From Ginglymostoma cirratum (Eukaryota), in NCBI GenBank assembly GCA_024137785.1, contig JAHRHZ010000062.1, positions 21,132,771-21,196,770 of the forward strand: DNA of 64,000 bases, in the 5' to 3' direction. Position numbers and translations under genes: made by a program. The number at the start of each line of letters is the position of its first letter. The first letter of the stretch is position 1. The notes beneath the pieces were generated by a model. That model was given only the letters and a program-made list of their open reading frames with translations. It was not told the DNA's origin and ran no database searches. Below are positions 1 to 13,260 of the stretch, piece by piece.

Positions 1-383
1 AATAGCAGATGCTGTTTATTGTCCTCATGCAAAATAATCTGTCTTATTTTGTTAATGTGTAAGGTGGAGAAACAAGTGTACATTACCTTAACCAATCCAA
101 TTAAACATTGAAATATTAACAGCACAACAATTGCGTTTAGGGGATGTACTAGTCTGGCTAAATTCAATTTCAAGTCAGGAGTAGAAAGTGAAATAAAATG
201 TTGTATAGGAAAAGTAAACTACATTTTTAATGTTATAATTTTATATCTCCAGCAACTAAAATCTGAAAAAAAGATTCTACACTTTGTGTTAATCTTTAAT
301 GTCAGAAAGGTTGTTTGATGGTAATTAACGATTATTGTCCTTAAAATATCACTTACACTTTTAAAAATAAGTCCTAACATTTT

Positions 384-783
384 NNNNNNNNNNNNNNNNN
401 NNNNNNNNNNNNNNNNNNNNNNNNNNNNNNNNNNNNNNNNNNNNNNNNNNNNNNNNNNNNNNNNNNNNNNNNNNNNNNNNNNNNNNNNNNNNNNNNNNNN
501 NNNNNNNNNNNNNNNNNNNNNNNNNNNNNNNNNNNNNNNNNNNNNNNNNNNNNNNNNNNNNNNNNNNNNNNNNNNNNNNNNNNNNNNNNNNNNNNNNNNN
601 NNNNNNNNNNNNNNNNNNNNNNNNNNNNNNNNNNNNNNNNNNNNNNNNNNNNNNNNNNNNNNNNNNNNNNNNNNNNNNNNNNNNNNNNNNNNNNNNNNNN
701 NNNNNNNNNNNNNNNNNNNNNNNNNNNNNNNNNNNNNNNNNNNNNNNNNNNNNNNNNNNNNNNNNNNNNNNNNNNNNNNNNNN
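384..783. other. Assembly gap (400 N)
   Basis: Run of N characters. Confidence 0.99.
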
Positions 784-917
784 GACTTCTGAAGAAGGGT
801 CTAGGCCCGAAATGTCAGCTTTCCTGCTCCTCTGATGCTGCTTGGCCTGCTGTGTTCATCCAGCTCTACACCTTGTATATCTCAGATTCTCCAGCATCTG
901 CAGTTCCTACTGTCTCT
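784..917 (+). mobile_element. Short hammerhead-motif element, subfamily A (Penelope-like derived)
   Basis: CTGAAGA(789)-A-GGGTC-TA-GGCCC-GAAA-TGTC, followed by the tail CCTGCTCCTCTGATGCTGCTTGGCCTGCTGTGTTCATCCAGC shared with copies at 27600, 33563 and 47400. Confidence 0.75.
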
Positions 918-1699
918 TAACATTTTACGTTGAGTTTAACTGCATTTACTGCACAAATAGAGCAACCACACATCATTTGATGTATTTCAATGATTTGATT
1001 GACAATGGGATGTCATTTTTGCAAAGCTCACAGCTGTGTGATACAACTCTGTCCGTTTAAGCATGCGTCTGTTCCTTGCATGGGGTATATGTGTCAAGTA
1101 TACGTAATAACAGCACTATTAGTTTCAGTGTTGCAGCAAAGCAAAATCTGGCTGAAAAATCTGGAGAAATGCAAATCTTTCTAATTGCAAATAATTCTAA
1201 ATCAAGTGCCATAGCCAGAAATGTAACAAAACTTCCTTTGCCCCAACAATCTGCATCAACCCCAATCTCCAACGGCCACCCAGCACCAACAAGCAAGGAA
1301 GCCAATAACCAATGTTGTAAATGGGTCTGAAAGTAATAAAACTGAGAAGTGCTATAAATACCTTTTACAATGATGTTATGATGTGGACTTGTGGACAGAA
1401 CAGTTTAGGATCTTGGAGGAGTGAGACCTAACTTCTGGTGCTCTTCATTGTCTCCATAACAAGGACTATCATACCAATGTAACCCATAATTAGTTGCTAA
1501 CATGAATTAAACTACATCTTGTTAACAGCAAGAGACCCTTGTGGTGTGGCCAGGAGTGACTTTCCTATACCACACTAGGCCAAGCAAGCCCTATAGTTTC
1601 CTATGCTTAAGGATGATGATAGCAGTGACCTTCATCATGAGGAATGGCTCATGCAGCACAGTGAGCTGGCATAACCGTGCAACACCAAAGGACAAAAGA

Positions 1700-1915
1700 G
1701 TCAATGTAATTGCCAAAAAAAATGAAGGGAGATAAGGACTGTGTTTTATATGACAGATTGTTGTGAACTGGAATGCATTGCTTAAAAGGACAATAGGCAC
1801 ACACTCAATGATAACTTACAAAAGGACATTGGATAAACACTTCAAAAGGAAAAATGTTGCAGGGCAATGGGAGCCAACATAGGCTTGATGAATCAAATGG
1901 CCTCTTTCCACGCAG
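1700..1915 (+). mobile_element. Degenerate CR1 LINE 3' fragment
   Basis: TGGAATGCATTGC (WNAL) and the ...GAATCAAATGGCCT tail resemble the 3' ends of the better-preserved CR1 copies in this window. Confidence 0.6.
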
Positions 1916-2759
1916 TAAAATCACAGCATTTATCCTACAGACTCAATTAAGCAAAGAAAATGCATTCTTAGTTTTTAATGGAGATGAGCAAGAAATAAAT
2001 AAAGGAACAACATGTATCAAGATATGCACCCATTAAGGGCTTTTATACTATTAACTGAAAACAGACTCTGAAACAAAATGTACAAAAGGTTTTCTTCAGA
2101 AGTGCCCTGATAATGAATGCAGTGATGTTATGAACACAGTGGATAAATCATACACATTGATTTTTATAAATCACTCAGGACACAGGATGCAAAACAACCA
2201 TCAGCTATTTCATATTTCAGACAGCCCAGAGCATTTTTGTGTTTCATCATACTGAGTGATTATTTGCTACCTTTGATACTGCAGCTTGCAATTGAATCAC
2301 AAATAATACAAATGCATTTTGCTGCTGAAATAACTTGTCAGCACTCTGTGACCATGCCATGTATGTCATAAGAAAATCTGTATCCTCTTTTTGTCCTGAG
2401 GAGTTGCTGATTGTTCCTTTCCTTCTTGCTCCCCTGGAAAAAAGTTTACATTTTTCATTATAGATTGTTTACCTTTCATTGGCCACCACAGAATGAATCT
2501 TTAAGGAATTCTGACGATGGCAGGCCCATCATCTGTGCCACACATCACTGATGAGTGAGAATGTGATTTTTTTTTTACACGTGAGCCCCTTGTATTACAT
2601 ATTTAAATATAATCCACAAGTTTAACAGTGAAACCAACGTCTGCGCAGACTGGAACTAGGCAGTCTGGACACTAAATTGGTATATTTTGTGCCCAAAATA
2701 ATCTGATGCAACATATAAAAAATTTAAACCCTTTACTGAGCAATCTAACTTTCCCTTCA

Positions 2760-3930
2760 TCAGAAGGTCAAAAGTGGGGATGTTTGCCAGTGACTGCACA
2801 ATGATTAGCAGCACTTGTGACTCCTCAGATACTGAAGCAGTCCATGTTCAAATGCAACAAGACCTGGACAATATCCAGGCTAGGGCTGACAAGTGGCAAA
2901 TAACATTCACACCACACAAATGCCAGGCAATGACCATCTCCATAAAGGGAAAATCTAACCACCGTCCCCTGACATTCAATTGTGTTACATTCCCTGAATC
3001 CCCCAATATCAACATCCCGGGGGTTACCATTGACCAGAAACTAAACTGGACTCTCCATTTAAGGACAAAGTCTACATGAGCAGTTCAGAGATTAGGAATA
3101 CCATGGTACGCCCCTGACTGCATCAGTGATGCTGAGTGGAGATGGTCAAGAGCATCAAGTTCCTGGGAGTGATGATTACCTACAATCCGTTCTGGTCCAC
3201 ACACATCGATGCAACGGTCAAGAAAGCACAACAATGCCTCTACTTCTTCAGGAGGCTAAGGAAATTCGGCATGTCCGCAGTTACTCTTACCAACTTTTAT
3301 AGATGCACCACAGAAAGCATTCTATCTGGATACATCACAGTGTGGTATGACAACTGCTCTTCCAAAGTCCATGAGAAACTACAGAGAGCCGTGAGCACAG
3401 CCCAGTCCATCACACAAACCAGCATTCCACCCATTGACTCCACGTATACTTCTCGTTGCCTCAGGAAAGCAGCCAACATAATCAAAGATCCTTCCTACCC
3501 CGGTTAAACTCTCTTCCACCCTCTTCCATTGTGCAGAAGACATAAAAGTTTTAATTCACGTACAAACAGATTCAAGAACAGCTTCGTCCCCACTGTTATC
3601 AGACTTTTGAACAGACCTCTCAAATGTTAACTCTGATCTCTCTTTTTACCTTCTCTGTGGCTATAACACTGTATTCTGCACTCTGTTCTGTAACTTGATG
3701 CACTTTGTATGGTATGGTCTGCCTGTATAGCGCGCAAAACAACATTTTTCACTATATGTCAGTACATGTGAAATCAATCAATCAATCAATTATCTCCCTT
3801 CCTGACTCCCCAAAGCCTGGCCTTCATTTACAAAGCACAGGCAGGGGTGTGATGGGATACTTCTACATGCCTGTGCAGCTCCAATAACATTCGAAGCTTG
3901 AAACCATTCAGGACAAAGCAGCCTGCTAGT
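2760..3930 (+). mobile_element. CR1/L2-superclade LINE RT C-terminal fragment, split by a Rex1/Babar insertion
   Basis: ORF 2774-3079 reads FASDCT..MQQDLDNIQARADKWQITFTPHKCQAM..PGVTIDQKLNW (decayed FADD and thumb region). The element resumes at about 3792; the same family occurs in reverse at 35330-35965. Confidence 0.75.
3110..3790 (+). mobile_element. Rex1/Babar-like LINE, 5'-truncated
   Basis: ORF 3136-3507 KFLGVMIT..WSTHIDATVKKAQQCLYFFRRLRKFGMS..LTNFYRCTTESILSGYITVWY; ends in an (AATC)n tail at about 3772-3790. Confidence 0.85.
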
Positions 3931-4659
3931 GTCTACACTATTAGCTGCAAAGCCCTTTGAGATGTCCTGAGGTTCTGAAAGATGCTATCGAAAGTCTAGA
4001 TTGGAAACAGAATGCTTACCAGTCTGCTGTACCAGCAAATATAAAGTTTAGTCTCAGCTACAGCCCTATACACACTTGGGTACCCAGCATTTTGACTCAT
4101 GCCAACATGCACCTGACCACTCTGGCCTTAATGATAGTGTCCCAATAGAGACAGGGTGTACATTCCATATAGGATGAAGAGAGCCTTTGCCAGTACAAGT
4201 TTCCCGAGAAATTAATTTATAGAATCATAAGTCTGCTGTCTCCCCTCATTGCCTTTTCCTCCATATCGCTGTTTCCTCGACCAGCCATGCAACCCACTAC
4301 TCTCACTTCATGTTCCCATCCCCACCATTGTTAACTTTGCCTGATATATCATTGTCTTCTTGCTCTGAACTGTATTTATTTTCTATCCCCTCCACCTCTG
4401 AAACTCCATTTCTTCCTTTAAGTAACCATGAAGGAATTCATTCAGCTAAGCTTTTGATTACCAGTTCCAAAACCTCCTGCTTCGTCTTGGCAATCCATCT
4501 TTTATTTTTGATTAATCCTCCATGAAGCAATTGGAAAATGTTTCCATATTGAAGTTGCTATATTCAATATATATATTCACTTTATCCCTTTACAAGCAAT
4601 TATCTAAGGTTGAACTAGATTGTTCAAAATCTTGATGCCCCATTTGATGTTGCAACGAG

Positions 4660-5200
4660 ATACCAACCACATACCTGCACCATTACTAAGGCCATTTTGT
4701 TCCACCTCTGTAACTTCAGTTGCTTCTGCCCCTTGCTCCTGGAATCCTGATTCATTCCTTTCTTACATATAGTGTCAACTTATCCAAAGCAATAATACAA
4801 AACAAAGATAAAACAACGAACTGTAGATACTGGAGATCTGAAACAAAGACAGAGAGTGCTAGAGAAACTCAGCAGGTATGACAACACCAGTGGAAAGTAA
4901 AAAAACAGAGTTAATATTTTGAGGCCAGTGGCCCTTCCTTAGAACTATTCCAAAGTAATCCTACTTGGTCTCTTGCATTCAATCCTCTATAACATATGAC
5001 CATCAAAAGCCACTTTTGCTCATTTCCTTACCTGCACCAAACCCCATTCAACTCATTGCATCTGCTCACTAACCTAGGTTGTACCTCTATTTTAATACTA
5101 CACCCTTGTTTTCAAATCCCTTCATGGCCTCATCTCTGCCTATCCCTGTAACCACTCTTGCCGTGGAATCCTCTTTAATCCTTCAATGTGTCAATTCTTG
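4660..5200 (+). mobile_element. Degenerate L2 LINE 3' fragment (hosts a hammerhead element)
   Basis: Decayed RLDYSN / HITP / LILVFKSLHGL-type coding sequence (CTTGTTTTCAAATCCCTTCATGGCCTC), similar to 16790-17150. Confidence 0.6.
4794..4948 (-). mobile_element. Short hammerhead-motif element, subfamily B (decayed)
   Basis: Reverse strand GTTCTAAGGAAGGGCCACTGGCCTCAAAATATTAACTCTG; flanked by TCCAAAGCAAT (4783-4793) and TCCAAAGTAAT (4949-4959). Confidence 0.7.
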
Positions 5201-5204
5201 CTCT

Positions 5205-5955
5205 TGATTTGGTTCAATTTGATTTGATTTGATTTATTGTAGTCACGTGTACTTAAGTACTGTGAAAAGCCTTGTTTGTGAGCAGTACAGGCAGATCATA
5301 ACAAACAAGGATGTACAGAGCATAGGGTGCTTAGATAGAGTGAGGCATGTAGGTTACATTGCACAGGAGGTGCGCAAAGCAAGATCAACATTATTTGAAG
5401 TTAGAAAGCCCATTCATCACTCTAATAATGGCAGGGAAGAAGCTGTTTTTGGACCCGTTGGTGCATATGTTCTAGCTTCTGTGTCTTCTGATGGAAGAGG
5501 TTGTGGGAGAGCATTACCAGAGTGGGAGGGGTTGCCTTGTCAATGTTGGCAGCCTTTTATCGGCAACAAGAGATGTAAATGGAATCCATTGACAGGAGGT
5601 TAGCTTCTGTGATGGTCAGAGCTCTGCCCAAACCTTCTGTAGTTTCTTATGGACCTGGGCAGAACAGTTGCTGTACCAGGCCATTATGCACCTGGACAAT
5701 ATGCTTTCTATGGTGCATCTGTAAAAGTTGGTGAGGGTCCTTATGGACATGCCAAATTTCCTAAGCCACCGTAGGAAGAAGAGGCATTGATGTGTCTTCT
5801 TGACTGTCGCATCTACATTGGAGGCCCAGGACAGGTTGTTGGTTATCATCACCCCGAGGAACTTGACTCTCTCAACCCTCTCAATCTTCATTCCGTTGAT
5901 GTAGATGTCGGCGTGTTTTTCTCCTTTCTTCCTGAAGTCAATGATCAGTTCTGTT
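5205..5955 (-). mobile_element. Rex1/Babar-like LINE, 5'-truncated
   Basis: ORF 5616-5891(-) VKFLGVMITNNLSWASNVDATVKK..FFLRWLRKFGMSIRTLTNFYRCTIESILS; (ATTTG)n tail at about 5205-5235. Confidence 0.85.
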
Positions 5956-6879
5956 GAAGCTCACAAGAGTATATTATTTTAAGATATCTTCTGCTTTTAG
6001 TGAAGACATTACTTTCAGCGAAGGTAAGTGAAGAATTCTAGACAGACGACTTCAGAAAATTACATTATGAATTGTAGGACAATGCCAGTTGAATGTAACT
6101 AAATCAGTTTGTGGAAGTGGTTGTGCAGGCACTGACTATCTGTTGGGGTGTTTTAATGTTCACAGCTCTGAATACCAAAGTAGTTGGACACCATGTTATT
6201 AAACTCTTAAAGACCATGGTCTCACCCTCACCTGTCCAGCTTCCCTTTAACTGCATCTATGGTATGGATTTCAACCACTTTCTGGTAGTGAGTTTTCCAG
6301 AAGTCCATCGATCTTTGGGTAACCTTTATGCCTTCTGAATTCCCTACTGAATTTTTTGATGACTATCTTTATTTGATGTCCCCCTAGTTAAGCTCTGGAC
6401 AAGAGGAAGCTTTTTTTTTTGCAGCCACAATCGGTGGAGGTGGGGCCTGGTCACTCCTGCTGTGGGAATGTGGAACACACAGTGGTATTGAGAGGATAAC
6501 CTCATCAAGCCATTGACAATGTTTGATTTTACAAGACCAGCAGGCTATCAACCTTGTTAAAAATCCAGTTGTATGGAATTTTTCATTCCCTACTGCATTT
6601 AGTGGGGATCAGATGGAAGGAGGTTTGGGAGGGTGTTACAGCCATTATAACAGGATGACTCAAGAGAGGTAAAAAGGGCCTGATATTGGGTCAAGTCTGC
6701 ATGAGGCAACAGATTCTGTTGGTGAAATGGCAGCTTTGTTCTCACATTCATTTTTTGACTTTTTCAGTCCTCAACAAAAAATAAAGACAGATTCAGAGAG
6801 CAGGATCGTTTTAAATTTGCTGCCATGACTTCCTATTCATGGCATAACACTTCTGATCCATGGTGTCCCAGCCTATGTT

Positions 6880-7490
6880 CATGATTGGTTACAGAACACC
6901 CCATCCTTTGCAAGTCAGCATTCTTTTTAAACAGATAAGAAACACAGCCCATCAATTCTTTCCATGTATTCCTGGTATCTTTGCAAATCTTCTTTCACAG
7001 TCTCCAATGCCTTAATATCCTTTTTAAAGTATGGCAACCAGAATTGCACACGGTTCTGTAACTGTGATCTATCAAGTTTCAATACAATTTTATTGTCACT
7101 TCCCTATGTTTCAATTCTATCCCATTAGAAATAAAAGCTAGTTTGTTCTTGGAATGCTTTTTTTTAATGCCTTGCTAATTTGTCATGCAACTTTTAGTGA
7201 AAGGTGTATTTGTACTCTGAAGCCTCATTATCACTTACCTCCCCAAGATTTGAACATTCTGAACATTAAATGACTTTCCTATTCATGACATGAAAATGCA
7301 CAAACTCAGATTTATCTGCGTTGAATTCCATTTGCCAATTACGGTATTTTCCCCTTCTGCGAGTTTATTAATGCCATTCTGTAATTTATTGCTGCCCTCC
7401 TCAATCTTGACTCCATTCCCAATTTAGTGTCAAGTGCCAATACAGAAATTGTGTTTTTAGTTCCAAACACCAAGTTGTTAATGTAAATTT
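6880..7490 (-). mobile_element. Highly degenerate CR1 LINE RT fragment
   Basis: TTGAATTCCATTTGCCA is the reverse of W-Q-M-E-F-N, and GGCAACCAGAATTGCAC the reverse of V-Q-F-W; both match the CR1 copies at 48-53 kb. Confidence 0.65.
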
Positions 7491-9559
7491 TATCCCACAA
7501 TTCAAATGGTCAAAAAGGTTTATTAATCCTTCAGCTTTCCCTCTTCCGTCTACCCAACCAGTTAAACGAAGGCAAGAAAATCAGTATGGCCTAGTAAGGC
7601 ATAATGCCTAGAAACTGGATTCAAAGCAGCATGGGAAATAGTTACTTTGCTAAACAAGGTTCTTTGGATGCCTTTTATTAAATTCAGACGCCATACCAAA
7701 AATAAGCACAATTAATGAGTCCTGAAATTGTAACTGGTCAACTGCATGCAATTAACAATCTGTAATTCGACAAGGATTTAAAATAGAATGCAACTGTACA
7801 AATGCAAACATTTTGGTGAATGGAGTATAACTTTGGCATTATTCAGAGTAATTCAGTAATGTGAGTTCTAGGGAGGTCACTGTCTCTTTTTTTTGCAGAC
7901 ATAGTCTGAATGTTTTTGTCTAAATGTCAAATGGCCAAGCTCATGTTCATATTTCAACAATGTTTCAAATGCTGGATCAGGCCTGGGATCTGTCCAAAGC
8001 ATGACTTCATCCACAACTAATTAGATTCAGATACATTTCGATTTATTAAATCCAGGAGATGAAGAATGGAAAAAATTTAATGATCATACATTGTTAAAGA
8101 ACTGAGATTTCAATATTTATATCCCAGGCGTTTATCAAATTGTAATTTGAGATTCCCAGTCCAACAGCCCCTCATTTTTAAAAATAATCAATTTTGTCCT
8201 TATCCTGCCTGATCTCTGTGCTCTTCCAATTCAACCAAAATTGAAATCATTCCACCATTTGTGGCTGTGCCTTCAACTGCTGAGGCCCTAACTCTGGAAT
8301 TCCCTCCCTAAAACTTTCTGCCCTTCTCTCTCTTTTAAAGTACTCTTTAAAATCTACTTCTTTAAATCAGATTTTGAGCAAATGCAACTTATTATATTAC
8401 GAACTGGGTGAGAAGTGTCATAGGACAAGGGCTATAGCAACAATTGGCCGCATCTGATCCAGGTGCTCTACTCTTTCCAAAGCCCTCCTCACTTAAAAAG
8501 CTGGAATAAGCAAACCTACATCCTGTGAATGAAGAAAATAACAAACAACTGCATAGAATTTACAGCACACAATAGGTTACATGACCCGTTTGTTTTCAAT
8601 TCCTTCAAGAGACATGGGCTTTGCTGGCTAAGCTGGTATTTTTTGGCCATTCCTACTTGGCCTTGAGAAGGTAGTTTTAACTGTCCACCACCATTCACAG
8701 CTGGCTGTGGCAAGAATGCAAAGCTTAGGTCTGATCTATTAGTTGTGAAATCAGTTAGCTCTATTACTTGCTGTTTATGCTGTTTGGCACACAAGTGACC
8801 CTTGTGGTAACCTCACTAGGTTGACACTTCATTTTTAAATAAGCCTGATGCTGCTCCTGGCATGCCGTTTTGGGCTCTTCTTAGTACCAGATCTGATCCA
8901 CTAGCTTGATGATAATGGTAGAGTTGGTGATATGCCAGCCATGAGGTTAGGATGGCAGGTTTCCTTTCTTAAAGGACATTAATGAATCAGAAGGTTTTTT
9001 TTGTAAACAACAGTGGTATAATGGTCATCATTTGACTTCCAATCCCAGATTTTGTTTTCAATTTGATTTCCACTATCTGCAATACATGGGTCTCTGAATT
9101 AGTAGCCTGGCAACAATACCACTATACCATCACCGCCACCTCAGCACCACTTGATCAATGCCAGTGTTTGTACTGCCCCCAAGTCTACTTCCACACTATC
9201 ACAACTCACCCTATCAACACACCCTTTCTTGCCTTCCCTCTCATACGTTTGTCCAGCTTCCCCTTTAATGCTATTCACTCCAACTATTTCTTGAGGTAGC
9301 AAGTTCCACCTTCTCACCATTTTCCAGCTTTTTCCTAAAGTCAGTATTGAATTTATGTGTGATTGTTACGTCTAGTTTTGGAAACTTTAATAGCAACAAG
9401 TAGCTGTCAAGGTCGTTCTTGAACTACAATTCTTGCCAAGCACCATTTCAGTGACACATTACAACAGCAACTCCATGTGAAAAACATTTCATTGAATGTA
9501 AAATGTATGGGAATGCAGTTCGGAGTAGTGTCATATAAGTTAAGAACATAAAAACTGTT

Positions 9560-9735
9560 AAACCAAATAAGACCAAGGTCCAGAAAATATTCAACAAGTC
9601 AGTTAGCAGCGTGAAACAGAGTTAACGTCTCAGATGAAACAGAACTTTATTTGTTTCCACAGATACTGTTTGACCTGTGGCAAAGTTTTAGTGTTTTCCA
9701 TTTTTATTTCAGATTTCCATCATCTGCAGTTTTGG
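9560..9735. mobile_element. Decayed inverted pair of subfamily-B hammerhead-element arms
   Basis: Reverse arm ...GAAACAGAGTTAACGTCTCAG is followed by forward arm CCACAGATACTGTTTGACCTG...ATTTCAGATTTCCATCATCTGCAG. Confidence 0.55.
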
Positions 9736-9846
9736 AACACCAAGGTCCATTTATCTTTCTTTCAAACATCCTGGTAGTCTCATTATTCGATGATAATGGA
9801 GTTGTTAACTAATCAGAACCAATGTCTATCAATGATTGTACAGTCA

Positions 9847-10320
9847 GGAGGAAGTGATGGCCTAGCAGTATTGTCGCACGATTAATAATCCAGAAAACCA
9901 GGTAATGTTCTGGGCTGTTCTGAGGAAGGGTTACCGGACCTGAAACGTTAATTCTGATTTCTCTTCACAGATGCTGCCAGACCTGCTGAGCTTTTCCAGC
10001 AATTTTTGTTTTGTTGTCAATGTTCTGGGGGCCTAGGTTTGGCAGATGATGGAATTTGAGTTCAATTAAAATCTAGAATTAAAAATCTAACAATGACTAT
10101 GAAGCCATTGTGACAAAATCCCACCTATTTCACTAATGTCTTTTTAGGACAGGAAATCTGCCATTTTCACCTCTTCTCACCTACATGTGAATCAAGATCC
10201 ATAACAATAAATTTAAATCTTAAAGCCCTCAGAAGCAAGGGCAGTTCAAAGGGAGCATGAGATGGGTGACGAATGTTATCTGTGCTGGCGATGCCTGCAT
10301 TCCATGCAGGAATGAAAAGA
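9847..10320 (+). mobile_element. tRNA-head SINE with a LINE-like 3' tail (interrupted by a hammerhead element)
   Basis: Head GATGGCCTAGCAGTA (A-box-like). The body is shared with 17505-18027, and the tail GATGCCTGCATTCCATG..AATGAAAA resembles the LINE end at about 10800. Confidence 0.65.
9915..10018 (+). mobile_element. Short hammerhead-motif element, subfamily B; best-preserved core, 11-bp TSD
   Basis: GTT-CTGAGGA(9920)-A-GGGT-TACCGG-ACCT-GAAA-CGTT-AAT; the perfect direct repeat AATGTTCTGGG lies at 9904-9914 and 10019-10029. Confidence 0.85.
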
Positions 10321-10559
10321 AACAGACCCAGACATGATCTGAGGAAAGCCCAAGTGATACATGGCTTTACTGAATCATAGATCTTAAATAATCTGTTCCT
10401 CCCACGCTCACTAAATGTCATGTCCTTTGTTGTTCATTTACTATATCCTAAAATGTTACTTTCCTTCTTTTAAACGTTACGTTGTTTGTGATGTTTTCTA
10501 CACAAATTCACCAAAGCTCACTCTATAGCAGTTTCCAAACCAACGACCAATATGATCTA

Positions 10560-10830
10560 GGAGAACAAGAGCAGCAGATACATGGGAACACCACAAGTAC
10601 CCCACTCCACTCACCATCCTGACTTAGAGATATTTTGCCTTACTTCAGTGTCATCAGGACAACGTTTTGGAAACCCTTTCCAAACAGCATTGCGAGTGTA
10701 CATATACGAAGTGAGCCGCAGCAGTTAAAGAAGGCAGCTCATCACCACCAAGGGTAACTAAGGATGGGTAATGAATATTGGGTCAGCCAACCAGCAATGC
10801 CCACATTCCAAGAATGAATAGAAAAAAAAA
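10560..10830 (+). mobile_element. 3' end of CR1/L2-superclade LINE
   Basis: CAGTTAAAGAAGGCAGCTCATCACCAC...CAGCAATGCCCACATTCC then an A-rich tail; the reverse-complement counterpart is at 35330-35430. Confidence 0.65.
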
Positions 10831-11769
10831 TTTTTCCGTCAACCAACACCCTGCAGTATAAATTGGCTGTAAATTTCCAACCTTAAAACAGTGATTATAC
10901 TTGCTTGAGCACTTTGAGAATCCTAAGGTAATGAAAATTTCTACATAAATGAAAGTCTTTTCTTCTACATGTCCACTAGGTTTCATTATATTCTCACCTA
11001 ACTTAAGATGTTGCCTTTAAAGCGTATTTTATTCCAATTATTCTAACTTATTCTAGATGGTGTAATCTATTTTACACAGTATAATTCATTTTATTTTAGA
11101 CAATGCAATTTATTTTATTTCAGACAATGTGATCTATTTTGGACAGTGTGGATATCACTCAACAGTCTGGCTCTGAAAATTTGAACATGTTGTTCCTGTC
11201 TCCCATTATAATTCCAATAAAAGATCAGTGGAACCCTTGTAGAGCCATAGTTTTAACAGGGGTCCCAAGTGTCATCACTTTTCTAACAACACAGTGAGTG
11301 TATGCACATGACCTGAACTGCAATGGTTTAGCATTATCTTCTCGGAGCAATTAGGAATGGCAAAAAAGTCTGGCCTGGCCAGTGATGCCCACATTCTTTG
11401 AAAGAATGAAATAAGTTAATGGGAACCCCAATGTAATTCCGTGATATTTTCTTTGGGCTATTGTTAAATCAGATCCATCTCTGCCCTGATATTTTCATGA
11501 ATTAAAGAGGCACCTCCTTTTTATTAATGCATCTCCATGATAAAAATGGTGCGATACTAACAGAGTAGTTGGAATTTTTTTGTATTGTTATCATTTATTT
11601 GGATAGTACACACGGTTGCCACTGTATGCTGTAGAGGAGTGAGTGGATATTTCAAATGATGCATAGGTTGCCAATCAAGCAGGCTGCTTTGTCCTGGGTG
11701 ATGTCATGCATCTTGAGTATTGGAGATGCAGTCATTCAGAATATAGGGAGCATTTCATCATGTCCCTGA

Positions 11770-11880
11770 TTGTGACCCTTTTTCAGAAGAACTCTGCAGA
11801 TGCTGCCAGAGCTGCTGAGTTTCTCCAGCAATTTTAGTTTTTATTTCGGATCTCCTGCATGCACCGTTCTTTGTTTTGTC
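11770..11880 (+). mobile_element. Subfamily-B hammerhead element, rearranged
   Basis: An inverted partial core (GTGACCCTTTTTCAGAA) is joined to the forward tail GCAGATGCTGCCAGAGCTGCTGAGTTTCTCCAGCA. Confidence 0.65.
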
Positions 11881-12899
11881 TCATTATCCATTCCTGTTTT
11901 TAATCTTTCTGTTTAAAGTTTCTCTGACTGTTCAGATGTGACCCTCCATGGGTAGGGACTCTGCCAGTCACTGAATTTACATTTGCAGTCATCCTTTGGC
12001 TGTATTAATCTTCTTCAAAAAACACATATTGAAATTAAGTTTAACATATCCGTAAGTATTTTGAGGTTCAGATCCAGCAATATGACACTTTCAGGAAGTT
12101 ACCAAGGCCTGAGGTTTTGAAATGGTTATTTATGTTCCTTTCCATATAATTATCATAGAATAGGACACCACTGAAGGCCATTCGATCTAACATGCTTAAG
12201 ACTATCCAACCAGTTCCGCTCATCCTTTTCAAGTATTTATCTCATTTTTAATTCAGAATGTTTATGGAGTCTGCTTCCACCACCCTTTCAGGAAGGCCAT
12301 TTTCTGTATGTATTTCATTTGTGATTGTAATTCCACATAGTACTCAATAGTAAAGTTGCTCAAACACTAACCTTCTCCCCTCTCTCAGTAAAGTCATGAT
12401 GCTGCTGCGTATTACAACTGCTTTTGGTATCAGTAGTTTTGCAATTATGTTTTCTCAAAACCGATTCTTTCAGCTTCAGTTAATTATTCATGTGCTTTGC
12501 TGACTAGGCTATTTTAACCTATTGTTTGGTTTACCACATGTGATTTGCTTTGATGGTTTAACTGAGTGCTTACTGTTCTATTACTTCCATTAATTACAAA
12601 TTGAAGCCAGCTGCAGTATCCCTAACCCTGCTATCTTTTAGCACCTTCATTATCCTGTGTATAACAGCTGCATCCTTATGTGGTGCAAGACAAGCACACT
12701 CCAGATTCACTTGAGAGTCATTTAACCTTCTTCCAGGGCTCAGGCTATAGGGTTCTTTTACTCTTGGGCCATGAGTGCTTCTGCTTTTATCCTAGTTGTC
12801 CTTTGAGTTAAGTCTTCAACGACTGCAGCTTGTGCAGAAGGTACCTTAGTATACCAGCAGGAAGCAGTCTAGTCTGACTCAAAACATTGTGAGTTGTAT

Positions 12900-13260
12900 G
12901 CCCTGTTCCTAAGACTCAAGTACAAAAATGTGTCTTGACCCATCTCCTGCAGTTTTGAAGAGATGCTGCACTCAAGGTTGCATGTTGGATGAAATTTTAA
13001 TGAGGCTCCGACTGCTCGTCGCTCAACACTGTTTTGAAGTTGACGAATACCTGTGGTGTGGTGGCCAGTATTTATCCTTCAACCAGTATCATTGAAAACA
13101 AATGATCTGGTAATTATCACACTGCCATTTGTGGGATTTGGCTGTGTGCAAAATGGCTTCCCCTTTTAGTGATGACATTACAAAGCCCTTTGGCAAACTG
13201 CAAGCACTCTGGAACATCCTGAAGTCATCAGAGATGCTGTAGTAATGCAAGTTTTTCCTT
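12900..13260 (+). mobile_element. Deu-domain SINE (AmnSINE1/SacSINE1-like)
   Basis: TGGCCAGTATTTATCCTTCAACC...TTTGTGGGATTTGGCTGTGTGCAAAATGGCT...ACATCCTGAAGTC...AATGCAAGT, matching the remembered DeuSINE body and tail. Confidence 0.65.
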
